DNA of 60,631 nucleotides, counting the filler, from Hausera hauseri (Eukaryota): assembly GCA_046269625.1 (NCBI GenBank). It is 9 parts of 9 records of this genome, joined end to end, with 100 filler letters (N's around TTAATTAATTAA, not from the genome) between each part and the next. Parts side by side here need not be neighbours in the genome. Positions count along the whole stretch, not along the records: positions 46,817 to 54,345 come from JBJURY010008901.1; positions 54,446 to 60,631 come from JBJURY010127873.1; 7 more parts are not named here. One strand, written 5' to 3'. The notes under the pieces are model-generated. The model had not been told where the DNA came from and searched no databases. It was given only the letters and a program-made list of their open reading frames with translations. Below, in pieces: positions 48,411 to 59,861 of this stretch. Each line of letters starts with the position of its first letter. Position 1 is the first letter of the stretch. Made by a program: the position numbers and the translations under genes.

Positions 48411-49035
48411 AAATTGCTCTCTGTTTCCGAAGGACCCTCACTCAGCAATTATTATTGGACAGACAGGCTGCGGCAAAACGGAATTTATACTCGATCTCCT
48501 CGAGGGTCCCTACAGGAACGTGTTTTGCTTTATCGTGATTCTGTGTCCGACCGTACGCTACAACAAAGCCTATCGCAGCCGCCCGTGGGTTTGGAGTGAT
48601 CATAGAATTTTCGTGCTCAACCCCGGGGAACATCTACACGAATGGCTCAGATTGTTATACAAATCGTTCAAGGGCAAGTCTACATTGTACATCATCGACG
48701 ACATGGCCGCCTCGAAGGCTCTAACCAAGAAAAAGGACATGCTTTCAGAGCTAGCGTTCTCCGGCCGCCACGCACTGCAGAGTGTATGGGTGCTGACCCA
48801 AAAATACAACTCGGTCCTTACCGACCTCCGTGAGCAAACCCGATGGATAGCTCTCTTTCACTGCAAGGACCGAGATAGCTTTGCTGAATGTCTTCAGGAG
48901 AACGATGTAATTCCCACTAAAGAGGAGAGAGCCAAAGTGCGAGAACTTTTGGCAGCAACTAAACACGCTAAGGTTGTGCTAAAGACCGACCAACCCTGTG
49001 CTTATAAAGTGCTAATGGCTGGTGAGTGTTGCTGA
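48382..49035 (+). CDS. A32/FtsK-family DNA packaging ATPase
   Basis: Walker A GQTGCGKT, Walker B LYIIDD, arginine finger GRH and SVWVLTQ. The ATG overlaps the capsid gene end. Confidence 0.92.
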   Translation: MVDTTPQYSKNCSLFPKDPHSAIIIGQTGCGKTEFILDLLEGPYRNVFCFIVILCPTVRYNKAYRSRPWVWSDHRIFVLNPGEHLHEWLRLLYKSFKGKSTLYIIDDMAASKALTKKKDMLSELAFSGRHALQSVWVLTQKYNSVLTDLREQTRWIALFHCKDRDSFAECLQENDVIPTKEERAKVRELLAATKHAKVVLKTDQPCAYKVLMAGECC

Positions 49036-49460
49036 ACGCTGCTCAACACATGCTCAAACGTTGTTTAACATTGTTAGCTCAATCATTTTAAACGCATAAG
49101 AGTAAAAAAAAACCGGAAGGTCGGCACTGTGTATGTGGGGAGCGGCAAGGAGCCTGAACCATATTTGTACATTAGAGGTCGTGTAGTCGTACTTATTTAA
49201 TTAAACATTCTGCTCTACACGGCTTAACAGAAGCCCAACAAGTGTGTGTTGCTGTATAAAGTTAACGACAAAACCTAAGCCCACAGCATGCTCTACTGGG
49301 CCTTGCTGGGTACTGCCCTGGGCAGCACGACAGTAGCGTCCACCCTAACTATTTGTCTACTAGGGTGGGTTGTCTGGAACATTTGCAGATTTAGAGCCAT
49401 GGCGCTACGGTTGTATATGGATATCGACGAGCTTGTCAAAACCCTCGACGAAACTCCCCA

Positions 49461-49961
49461 ATGCCCGCGGGATGTGATAGTCTTCCTTCCGGAGGTACCA
49501 CCGCCACCAGCGAAGACAAGCGAGAACGCCTTGCGGCGATAGTCGCAGGAGGGCTGGGGGATCGTTTTCTTGGACAGGGCCTCTCGCTCGACCAGGTATA
49601 TAAAATGTCTGCTCGTGAAGTCGAAAAGCTATATGCACGCTATGAGATACATTTGGGAGCCTCCAGGGCTAAAGACGCAGGGCATTCTGTCATACGGATG
49701 TTAAGTGACATTGCAGCTCACATACGATCACAGATCGATCCTATTGCCTTAGCAGCGGACCTCGAAGCCAACCCTAACATTGCTCACGATCTGTGTATCT
49801 ACGGGGGAGGTTTCTATAACAGATTTGGCCTGCTGTTAACACCACTATCAACCTTGTTAATCATATTTAAACACTGCCGTTTTGGTGAAATGACAGAAGA
49901 TGGAGACACCGACGAAAATGAAAAACCCGGCGAAGGTTGCAGCGGGCCGACGGTCGGCTGA
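49461..49961 (+). CDS. Maverick hypothetical protein
   Basis: Open 166-aa ORF (DKRERLA...EVEKLYARYE...DLEANP...) with a hydrophobic C-terminal segment, inside the element. Confidence 0.6.
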   Translation: MPAGCDSLPSGGTTATSEDKRERLAAIVAGGLGDRFLGQGLSLDQVYKMSAREVEKLYARYEIHLGASRAKDAGHSVIRMLSDIAAHIRSQIDPIALAADLEANPNIAHDLCIYGGGFYNRFGLLLTPLSTLLIIFKHCRFGEMTEDGDTDENEKPGEGCSGPTVG

Positions 49962-50313
49962 GAGTAGAAAGGCTATTGCAGCAGAGCGGGAACAACGGCA
50001 GGTAGCTCTTGAGGAGAGGCTGGCCCAGTTGGAAGAGTATAAACAGCGCATACTCGATGCTGCGCCCCCGGGTGGGGAAGTTCCGGTAATTTCTTCAGTT
50101 ACTGAGAATAATTCTGGCGAGAAAAAATTCGACCTGACCCCCTGGATTATTGGAGGCGTGGGGCTTGCCGCCATTGTATATGGGTTGTATGGACAGGCGT
50201 CTGTTGCAAAGCCTGTTGCAAAGCGACGGGACGCTGCCCCTTCGTCAGACAGGACATCGGTTGCAGCTTTGCAGCCCCAATTGAACAGACGTGATCCGTT
50301 CTACATGGAATAG
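49900..50313 (+). CDS. Maverick small membrane protein
   Basis: KNPAKVAAG motif, coiled coil, and TM WIIGGVGLAAIVYGLY. Confidence 0.6.
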   Translation: METPTKMKNPAKVAAGRRSAESRKAIAAEREQRQVALEERLAQLEEYKQRILDAAPPGGEVPVISSVTENNSGEKKFDLTPWIIGGVGLAAIVYGLYGQASVAKPVAKRRDAAPSSDRTSVAALQPQLNRRDPFYME

Positions 50314-50694
50314 GGACGACATGTATCCGTCCCTATTAGCGTATATAACTGCAGACGCCCTTAACGGCCTACCTAGCGGTTGTCTGTACGTGGGCTATAG
50401 TGTTATAACCGATAGAGCTCTCAGAGCATGGAACGGAGCGCACAAATGTTGCCCGTTGTCACCTAATTATCAGCTTGTTAAAGACTTGTTCGATATCGGG
50501 CTGGCTGTATTAACGGTGAAGGCCGTGCGTGCCTACTCACGGCGGAGGGCTGAGACGATGTTTGAAGCGCCGGCTGAAGCCGAGACGATGTTTGAAGCGT
50601 CGGCTGAAGCCGAGACGATGGCTGAAAATAAAGCGTCCCAGCTCCGGTGGCGTCTCACTAATTGAAGCTTTACCCAGAATACCAATTCTCTACA

Positions 50695-50937
50695 ATGTCT
50701 AGCCCAAGCATTGACGGAAAGGCTATCCTTAATACAGCCTATCACGGTGCAGTAGTGATGGGATTGGCTCTGGGTGTTGCAAAGCTTACAAAGACTTTAT
50801 TCAAGGGGGCTACTACTCCAAAGCTAGACCTTGATAGTTACGATATTGGAATGATGACGCTGGACGTTTCCATTGCTCTTGCTCTCAGGGATGTGCTCGT
50901 ACGACAGGGCATAATCCCAGACAACATTATGAAGTAA
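50695..50937 (+). CDS. Maverick small hydrophobic protein
   Basis: MSSPSIDGKAILN..YHGAVVMGLALG...QGIIPDNIMK, with the stop overlapping the next ORF. Confidence 0.6.
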   Translation: MSSPSIDGKAILNTAYHGAVVMGLALGVAKLTKTLFKGATTPKLDLDSYDIGMMTLDVSIALALRDVLVRQGIIPDNIMK

Positions 50938-51380
50938 TGCGAGAGCGTATTATATGGATCATGGCAGGAATCGCTTTGATGGTCGGTGGGGCTATTGTCA
51001 ATGCCGTCGCTTTCTCAGGAAGCAACTACCTATTTTCTAAATTGGGTAAGGAGGACGCCCATGCTGAGCAAATACAACACGATGAAGCCTTTAAACAGCT
51101 GCAAGCTGCACAGGCTGCATGGTCGAAAAATAGAACTGAGCGACTAGATTGGCTGAACGACGAACTGCGCAGACAGCAGCATGCCGAACGCACGTTCTAG
51201 GATGCTGACGCAGCTATGCAAGAATATTACGAAGTTACTGGCCGCAAAGTAGACCCCCTCGGGCCAGAGGCCCAACTGAGTGACTATTATACGCCCTCCG
51301 AAGCGCAAAAGGATCGCGAGATCACCGTCATCGTGCTCGGCATGGCGGCTGTAGGGCTCGTTGTTTATAAGTTATTTTGA
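50937..51380 (+). pseudogene. Maverick membrane protein with one premature stop (TAG 51198-51200)
   Basis: MAGIALMVGGAIVNAVAFSGSNYLFS... The frame continues past the TAG to a TM segment and TGA at 51380. Confidence 0.6.
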
Positions 51381-52004
51381 CAGAGGGTCTATGGCCTATA
51401 CACTATGAATGCCTTCTACGCGCTCGCCTATGCCAGCGTCTTCACAGGCTATGCAGGCGTCTCCATTGTGACAGAAAGTCTACTTCGGCTTTGCGGCGGA
51501 CGAGGAGGTCTGCCGCGCGCAGTTCTGCTAAGACCGTAGTGGACATGGGAATACTAGGCGGCATGCTATATAAGTTGTTGAGCAAGCAGCCGCCATGCCG
51601 TGCCCGCACACGTGTTACCGAGGACTCTGACACCGAGGGCTCTGACACCGAGGGCTCTGACACCGAGGTCTCTGCCGAAGACGTCCCACTGAAGAAAAAA
51701 AATACCTAGCAAACGTGGCGGAATAACATTTTTCCAGCCTATATAGCACGATGGGTCTACCCGAAGAATTGTACTGTGCGATGCTAGTGGTGGGCTATGC
51801 TGCCCGACGTCACAAAATCCCCGAATTAGGAGATAATTCAATCCATTCAGCTCATAAGTGCCTTCCTATCTGGCGCAGTGACGAACGGACCCTGGTCACC
51901 TTTGCTAGAGGGGTGCTGTGCACAAAGGTTCCTTTGCGGGCGACGACTGGCCAGCTTCCCGAACCCGTGGCATCGGCATGTTGGAGACTAATCGCACATC
52001 GCAG

Positions 52005-52950
52005 ATGAAACCGAAATTAGCTAGCCTCGCACATATCTACTATAGACCCCCGGGGTACTGGAAGGGGCTTGCTGCCATCCAGAAGCTTGCTGCCATCCAG
52101 AAGCTCGCTGCGGCAGCCAACTTATCCGAAGACGTTGCTCGACAGTGGCTCAAGAAGCAATCGCTCTGGCAGATATATCTTCCATCTCCCCGACACCTAC
52201 CAAGGCCGATGTTCGATATATCAGAGCCTAACGAAGTACACCAGGCTGACCTGCTTTTTCTGTCGCATGATCGGGTTGGCCGGTGCGTGTATAAATATGC
52301 GCTGACCGTGGTGGATGTGGCATCTCGCTACAAAGAGGCGGACCCCTAAGAACGGACCCTTAAGGCGGACCCCTGGCCACAAAGCGCAGCCGGAGGTTGC
52401 AGATGCCCTAGCGCGCGTCTTCAAGTGGGGGCCTCTAACGTGGCCTAGGTTGCTCATGGTGGACCCATGGCATGAGTTCATGGGCGGGGTCTCGCAACTG
52501 CTGGCGAAGCATTCCATGTATGTACGGCGCGGTCAAGACGGCAACCATCGCCAGGAAGGCACCGCGAAGCGTTGGAATTACACTCTTGCTGACCGATTGT
52601 TTAGCCATCAATATGCTCAAGAATGCTCCCTGCCGTAGTTGCAGCTTTAAACAGTAAGGTGACTTGGATGAACGGTACGAAAACATCAAAGCTATAAATA
52701 TGACAGCCCTGCTCTCCCCTGTGGTCACCATGTGGGTCTCGAGGAGCCCATGGTCCCGTCTAACGCTAGGGTCCAGTACCTGTATGCGAGCTCAACCAGT
52801 GGGCACAAACTTGAAGGTGGCCGCCGGCGACCCACTGATTCTGCATGGAGCTTATCAGTACACTCTATTAACCACGTATTGAAGAGCCCGTGGTACACTA
52901 TCTCTCTGATGATGCCCCCAAGCCTGGGTTCATTCGCGAAGAGCTCCTCG
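52005..52950 (+). pseudogene. Maverick rve-type (c-)integrase, frameshifted
   Basis: IYY.P.GY, W.....WQIY, HQADLLF, YALTVVDVASRY, L.VDP..EF.G, H...G..(E>K)RWN.TL and RR.TD..WS. Confidence 0.88.
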
Positions 52951-52959
52951 TGCTGCCTT

Positions 52960-54150
52960 TGGTATAGAGGTTTAGCGAAGTTCTCGATTCCGTCTGGTAA
53001 GACACGATTTTCTCGTAGTAGGCACTAAGGCCGAGCGTTTCTTGATGGTAGGTTGCCGTCTGGCCGCTGTGCATACGGAACCCTCGGTTTTCAGCTCGGT
53101 CTACGCTTTTTTCTGGGGCAGCCTTGCAACGTCCCCGTTATCAGGCTGTTGTGTCGTACCGAAATCCTCTTGCTCCTGTGCCTATTTTGCTTATCATCAT
53201 CCATGAAATAACACTTGCTGTAGAGTGCAATAGCCCGATGCCTTCAAACTCGAGCTTGAACAGGCCTGGGGTTTGGTTGCTCCAGGTATCCCAGGCCAGC
53301 CAGTCTTTTGGCAAACTCCTCTTGCAGCTCGGGTTTGACTACAGCCTCTAGCCTAGTGGCACTCCGCGCGATGTAGAGACTATCAGTGTCCATTTAGGAG
53401 TTCGAAGTCTTGCCGAGCTACGTTCAAGGAAATCATAATAGACCTCGAGAGTACGAAGTTTGGCGAGCTGATAGATTACGATGCCTACCTGAAAGGGCCT
53501 GTATATGGTTTACCCGAGGCTTACGACTGGAGACTTTGTAGGCATCACTGATTTCTGAAAGGTCTTCAAACCAGGCTGAACGCAGCGCCCGGTCCACAGT
53601 TTTTTTCGTCGTGGGTGTGCCGCTCCACGACTTCGATCATTTTGCCATAGCAGCTGTTTCCGAGCAGACCTCTGCAAGGAGAGCCTTCTCTTTGTCTGCA
53701 TCGCCCAGACGACGCTCAGTGGTGACCTCCTCGACGAACCAACTCTGATGATAGTGTAGACTGCTTGGAGCTCTAGAATATGTTTGAAATACGAGCACAG
53801 CAGTGGGTATACAGCAGAACGTGGTCTGCCTCAAGCACCTCCAGCAGCTTCTTTGTGCCATCGCGGTTCCAGCCTGTCTGTTTCAGGTAAAGAAGCATCT
53901 CTGGCAGCAAAGCCTCGATAGGGACTTCCCTGTTCATAAATATCGGAGGCATCTCCTCGAACTTGGCCCATAACCCTTTCGGCACACTGAGTGTGCACTT
54001 TATGAAGCTGAAGAGCTGGCCATTGAGGACCTCCCGGATCACCCGGGTCATGGCAGCCTCTGTATTCCGGATTTCATTCACCTGATCTTTGGCCACTGGC
54101 ATGTCCTGAAGCATCGTACTGGGATAGAGAGCGTTTGCATCGTAGCCTAG
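52960..54150 (-). pseudogene. Maverick protein-primed PolB, polymerase domain only, heavily disrupted
   Basis: GYDANALYPSTM, EMPPIF, FVEEVT.ERR.GD, SCYGK, YQLAKLR, MDTDSLY, TPGLFKLEFEG, SKCYF, NRGFR and LSAYY.K. Confidence 0.9.
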
Positions 54151-54345
54151 TAGTAGTATAGTAGGGGATAACAGTTTGTATTTCCGGCGACGCAGCTGGT
54201 CTTTTATATAGCGGATAAGGAATAAACCTAGGGTGCATAGGAAAAAACCTCAGGTGCAAGGGATGCACCCGGGCGATGCAGGCTGGCTGAGCGGGCGGGG
54301 TCATGCGGTCGAGTCAACAGGTTGGCACTAGGAATTTAGGTCAAG

Positions 54346-54445
54346 NNNNNNNNNNNNNNNNNNNNNNNNNNNNNNNNNNNNNNNNNNNNTTAATTAATTA
54401 ANNNNNNNNNNNNNNNNNNNNNNNNNNNNNNNNNNNNNNNNNNNN
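54346..54445. other. Artificial contig linker
   Basis: N44-TTAATTAATTAA-N44. Confidence 0.98.
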
Positions 54446-57291
54446 TAGTTCGCTTGTAAAGTTTCTTCCTCTATCAATCAATATTTGATCAGGCGGTCCG
54501 TATCTGCAGATGATTTTCCTTACTACTGCATCTGCTAGTATTTTCGCTTTCTGATCAATTAATGCGATTAAATCCACAGTGTGTTAAACGGTCTACGCAT
54601 GTCAAAATATATTTGTTATTTTTATGAGTCGTAGGTAAAGGTCCTACTGTATCCATAGATATGGCCTGCATAGGTCTATCGGTTCCAATTCTGCTACGTA
54701 GTTTCTCACCTTTCTTTGTTTCATTGTACAGATTTCACAAGCGTCCACCCAATTTTTCACGTCGATATAAACACTTGACCAGTAGTACTTATTCAATATC
54801 CTTTGTAATGTTTTCTTCCATAACATATGTCCGGCCAAATGTGAATCATGTTCGGCCATTAACACTTTTGTTTGTAATCCTTTTGGAATAACTACCAATT
54901 TCCGTCCCTTTCTTTTGTAATATGGAATATTATCCAAATTTGATGCATAATATTTGTGTCCGTGTCTCTGTAAGTGTTTCTTTAGTTGACGCCCTTTTGG
55001 TATCTCGTCTTGCTCTACAAATTTAACTATTTGTTGTATGACTTGTTCTGCAGAAATTCTAATCATTTTATTTAGTGTCAGGGTCTGTTGTCGCTCGACC
55101 AATTCTTCGAGCTGAGCTTTCTTCATGGTTGTAATCGTACTTGTCTTTGTTTTAAGTCTTGATAGAGCATCTGCGTCTACATGTTTACTTCCGGATTTAT
55201 ATTGAAATTTGATATTGTACCGTGAAATTTCTTCAATCCATCGATTCAGTCTACACGTCGGGTTATTAGCCCGTCCCTTTAGCGAGTAACAGCTTTATGA
55301 TCGGTAACGATAATAATTTTCTGTCCGTAGACATAGACATTAAAATGTCTCAAGGCTTCTTTCACGGCTAGTGTCTCTAATTCAGTGACTGAATAGTTTT
55401 TCTCAGCTTTCTTAAGCGATCGTCCTCCGTAGGCAATTGGATGTTCTAATTCTTCGTCTTCTCGTTTCTGAGCTAATTCATAACCAATTCCTTCCTTACT
55501 TGCGTCTGTTTTAATTATAAATGATAAATTGAAATCCGGGTATCTTAACACTGGTTCACTCGTTAAAATTTTCTTCATTTCGTCGAATTCTTTCTGTTCA
55601 ACATCGTTCCATTTCCATTTGATGCCTTTTTTCAATAGTCGATATAACGACGCATTTATTTTCCAGTTGTCTTGTACGTATGTGGCATAATATCCGCATA
55701 GACCTAACCAATGTCTTAACTCTTTTTGATTTTGGGGTTCCATACAATCCGATATTTTGTTTAATAAGGATTTGTCTGGCATCGATCCTCCTTCTCCAAC
55801 TATATGTCCAATGTACGATACGGCATTTTGTGTCCATTTACATTTCTTGTATTTCAATTTCAATCCGGCTTGTTCCAATCGCATAAGAGTATCCTCAATG
55901 TCCTTTAGATGTTTGCCTTCTGTTTTTGATGCTATCGTTACATCGTCTAAATATGCGAATGCGTGATCTAGTCCCATTAACATCTTATTCATCATTCTGG
56001 TGAATATGGCTAGACCGGTTGCTATGCCAAACGGCATGACGTTAAATTCACTAACTCAATCGTGCGTTTTAAATTCTGTTTTATAACGATCATCTTCTTC
56101 AATTTCTATCTGCCAATATCCTGACTGTAAATCCAACGTGGTAAACCATTTTCCTCCTGATAATCTATCTAGGGCTTCTTTTACTGATGGTAGCGGAAAT
56201 GAGTTCTTCATCATAAGTGTTTAGGTCTCGGTAATCTATACAGAATCGATGCTTAGTGGTGCCCTTTTTCTTAACCATGAGTATTGGTGAGTATCAATAT
56301 CGATATTTTGGTCGTATTATGTCGGCCTTTAACATGCGTTCTACTTCTTTTGTTATTTCGAGCCTTAACGAATGCGGTAATGGGTATCATTTAGGCATTA
56401 TTTGTTCTTTCAAGTCAATTTCATCGTTGGAGCCAGGTTTCTTCTCTAGTGGAATCGTTAATCTTAGTGCTTTTGCCCTGCTTATATCTTCTTCATTTTG
56501 GGTAATGATGACTTATATTTGCATAGTATTTCGTAAAATTGACAATACGCTTCCGGCCAAAACTTAGTTTTAACATAAGGTGGAAATTCAGAATATTTAT
56601 ATGGTTTTTCTTCGATTGTTATAGCTGACACCTTATAAGTATGTCCCAATGTAGTGTTGGCGTACAGCTTTGCGGGAGTTGATGCATTGTTTACTAATCT
56701 GATAGGTACCCTTCCTGTCGTTACTCTTGCCAAAATGTTACTAAGTTTGATATTTGGATTAACGTCATCTTGTGGTTCAGAATATACTGGTTGGTCATCT
56801 TCTTCGCGGATTTGAGTATAAATTATCATTTCGGTTTTGGGCGGAATATTTTCGTTGATGGGGATCCATACTTCTATCTGCTTCCTTTCTTTCATTGTTT
56901 TAATCCCTTTCACTGGCCCAAGTTCAAGTAGTTTTCCAGTCTGTAAATTTATTGCAATATTAGGTAATTTTTTCATTATATCACATCCTAATACTACGTC
57001 GTCTGTAAGCTGGCCCATTATGGTGACGTCGTGTCGAAGGATTTGTCCCATTAATTGGACTAGAGGACTCCATTTAAACTTTAGTTTGGATTCTTGGCCA
57101 AAGGCTCCTATGCTACATGGGTCTGATGATGATGTTGGCTGTAATTGTTTTCGTAGTGTCGGCGGTATCGATTCTAATTTGATAAACGACATCTCTGATC
57201 CGGTGTCGATTAAGGCATAAACTTCCCAATCCTCTATGGTGACGTTTGTGAAGGGTGTTCCTTCCATAACTGACCCATAACAACTCGACAC
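54446..57291 (-). pseudogene. Family B pol, second copy (PR, RT, RNase H, integrase N-part)
   Basis: ALIDTGSEMSFI, VVLGCD, LDLQSGYWQ, YLDD, TDAS, TDHK and H...GH/CEIC. The peptides are near-identical to 35718-37560. Confidence 0.95.
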
Positions 57292-57846
57292 GTCTTTTGG
57301 TCGTTAAATCGAAGAAATCTTATGTCAGTTTATCGTTATCCCTGGTGATGAAATAATATTTTCAGTCAGTTGTTTCAGTTCTTCGTTAGGGTATAAGTCG
57401 TTAACTGCCATGTTATTCGTATTGTTTCTAATTAATGGTTCTTTTACTATTGGATTTTGGAACGATTTTACTCCTTGTGTTCCCCAGACTGTTGATCTTG
57501 TTTCTATATTGCGGGCTATCCTCGGTGAGTACAGTATCCCATGGTCATCTTTCGCTCGTCCTTGGTAGTGATCTGCATTTTCTTTAATACTCCGTATTGT
57601 TTTGTTCCTTCATAAGGATCTTTATAGGTGAAGGGTTTTCCTTCAAAATGCCGATTTATATGACCTCATAGATGTTTTATCACAGTCCTCGTATATCGGA
57701 GCCGTTGGCTGCATGATAGGTAATGTTGCTGTAATTACTGAATACATTCTATGTCTATTTTGTCCAAGGATTGCTTCTCCTCCCTTAGGCTCGTCATCAT
57801 CGGAATTATCTCTTCGTGTCATTGGTTTCTTGGTCTTGTGTTTTAA

Positions 57847-59730
57847 TCAAAATATAGGTCTTGCTCGTCGTTCATAATTATAGTAGCCGAAATGGCGTTC
57901 AACATCATTTTTCCATCGATTTTCTTCATAGGCCTTAAGCACTTTGCCGAAGGGTGTGATAACTGCAGTTAAGATTTTACAGGAAAATCCTGTTAGCGTG
58001 AATATTTCGTACCCGTTTATAACCGCTTGCATTACCTCCTTAACTAGTTGTACTATAAAATAGATTGCTAGGAATCCATATGCAGCTTGTCCAAAAATTA
58101 AAAATCTTCCCCATATTTTGTAGAGTATTTCTGTGGTTAATCGCTGGTAATGGTTCNNNNNNNNNNACTGATGCCATAGCTCGGTTTGATTTGTATGTTC
58201 GCTGTCGTGGAAAAGCGAGAAATTGTCGAAAAGCTTCGATCTCTTTTGGTCTGTAAATGCCTTTTTGATATTTATCCTTGAATTTGTCATCGGTAATTCC
58301 TTTTGCTAAATTAGTTCTAGTTAGTTTTTTAGGAATAATAGTGACATCTCCATTGGGTAAGCTACCCCAATCCGTTTCGCTATGCCTAAGCATTGGTTCA
58401 CCCAAACTTGCCTTACAATCTTTTAGAATAGTTGGTTGTGTCGCATTATCGAGCAACAATCTGGTAATAGGCATAACTAAGCGCGGAGTATTTTGATAGA
58501 TCACAGGAAGTTCTTGTATGCATCGTTTTTTCTCGATATTAATTGGTACATCTCTTTTCTCGCATTCATTAATTAATAGAACTTCACCAGTAACTCAACC
58601 AAAAATTCCTTCTTTCATGAGAATGATCGGTGAGGCTAATTCTGGGTTTGCATAAATGAGGGCTAATTTTGTCCTCATGATTTCTGTATCTAATTTTCAG
58701 TCATTAGTTATCATTTTGTTGTATAGTTCGGCTACTCCGACCTGTCCTTTATAATAGAAATAATCGTCTCAATTTTTCAGATAATCCTCGATTCTAATGG
58801 CTTGTGTTTCTAGGTTGTATGTTTTCGCGTTTATCTCCGTTCCTGCAACGAAGAACGCTTCGTAATTAGTAGTGAACATTACTACTTCGCAACGTGAAAT
58901 CATTTCCTTTTTTATGAATTTCAATATATGTTGATCAGAGATTAATATTGTAGGTGTGTGATGCTCTGATACGTCTTCACGTGCTCTTGAACTGATGTCG
59001 GATTTATCTACGTATCGTTTTCCGGTAGTTTCATTAAATTTCAATTCTTTAATCTCAATAAAATTAGAAGCCTTTCCGGTGGGTGGTTCCGATATGACGA
59101 CAGAGCTTCTGAAGGCACAAGTTCCGTCTTGCATGTGACATTTTTGATTTTCAGTATATAACTTAGTAACGATATGGAACATTACTTTTTGAACTCGCAT
59201 TTCCGATGCGTAAAAGTCTACTACCACTACGTTTGCTTTAGTCCTTTGCCGGTATCGTATTCCGTTCCACTACAGTGCCCGTTATGCACATCCAGCCTTC
59301 CGGCTACTATCTTATACGCTCTGATTATTTTTCCAGGCTGAATTTTTAATTCCATACTATCCCATTTCAGTCTTCCGGTTTCTCGGCTTGCTTGCAATGT
59401 TGTCTCTCCAAATTCATTGGAATTGGAGGGGTTGTTGGTTTAATTATCGAGGAGTGTCCGTGCATTAGTCCACAATAAAAAATGCTACGACATCGTCTCA
59501 GCATACATTCCATGCCATCCAGGGATATCAACTCTTGTTGTTGGTATAGCATAATGCTCTTCTTTTTTGTTTCCAGTTTATGTGGTCTGGCATCTTCACA
59601 TGATTATAAGTCTATCAGTGAATATTTCTTTCCCAGATTAAATCTATCACAATCGTAGACGGTAACAGCACCCATTTGTTTTATTAACATGATTATGGTG
59701 AGCAAACTGATTAACCAATTAGATTCGTTC
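57847..59730 (-). pseudogene. env: chuvirus-type (class III-like) glycoprotein upstream of protease
   Basis: Signal peptide then VYDC...YSL..C...LYQ...C...R...YCG..H..S, G.C.G, NPELA...GEV..I.EC...RC.QELPV.Y.N.....P.TRLL, GIY...E....R.FL, and WGRFLIFG....GFLAIY.I..L.K......I.GY......G.S.KIL.A. It has frameshifts and a 10-N gap at 58157-58166. Confidence 0.82.
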
Positions 59731-59861
59731 TTCCGGTTGTTGTTATCCGTTGTCGTCAAGTTGCGTATGACGTCTTCGAGTCTATTGTTATTTCTCTTGC
59801 CTTCTTCATTGTCAAACAATTTTGGCCAATTTACTTCACACGGAAGTTTTCTAGACGCTTT

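Larger units (their letters stand above)
46817..54345. mobile_element. Endogenous Maverick/Polinton (adintovirus-like) element, partial
   Basis: Capsid-like ORF, A32-type ATPase, rve integrase and pPolB occur together. The contig is visibly more GC-rich than all the others. Confidence 0.9.

Noticed and set aside
55598-57220. Plus-strand and alternate-frame ORFs overlapping family B pol
   Set aside because: These are shadow ORFs of a real coding strand with no motifs of their own.
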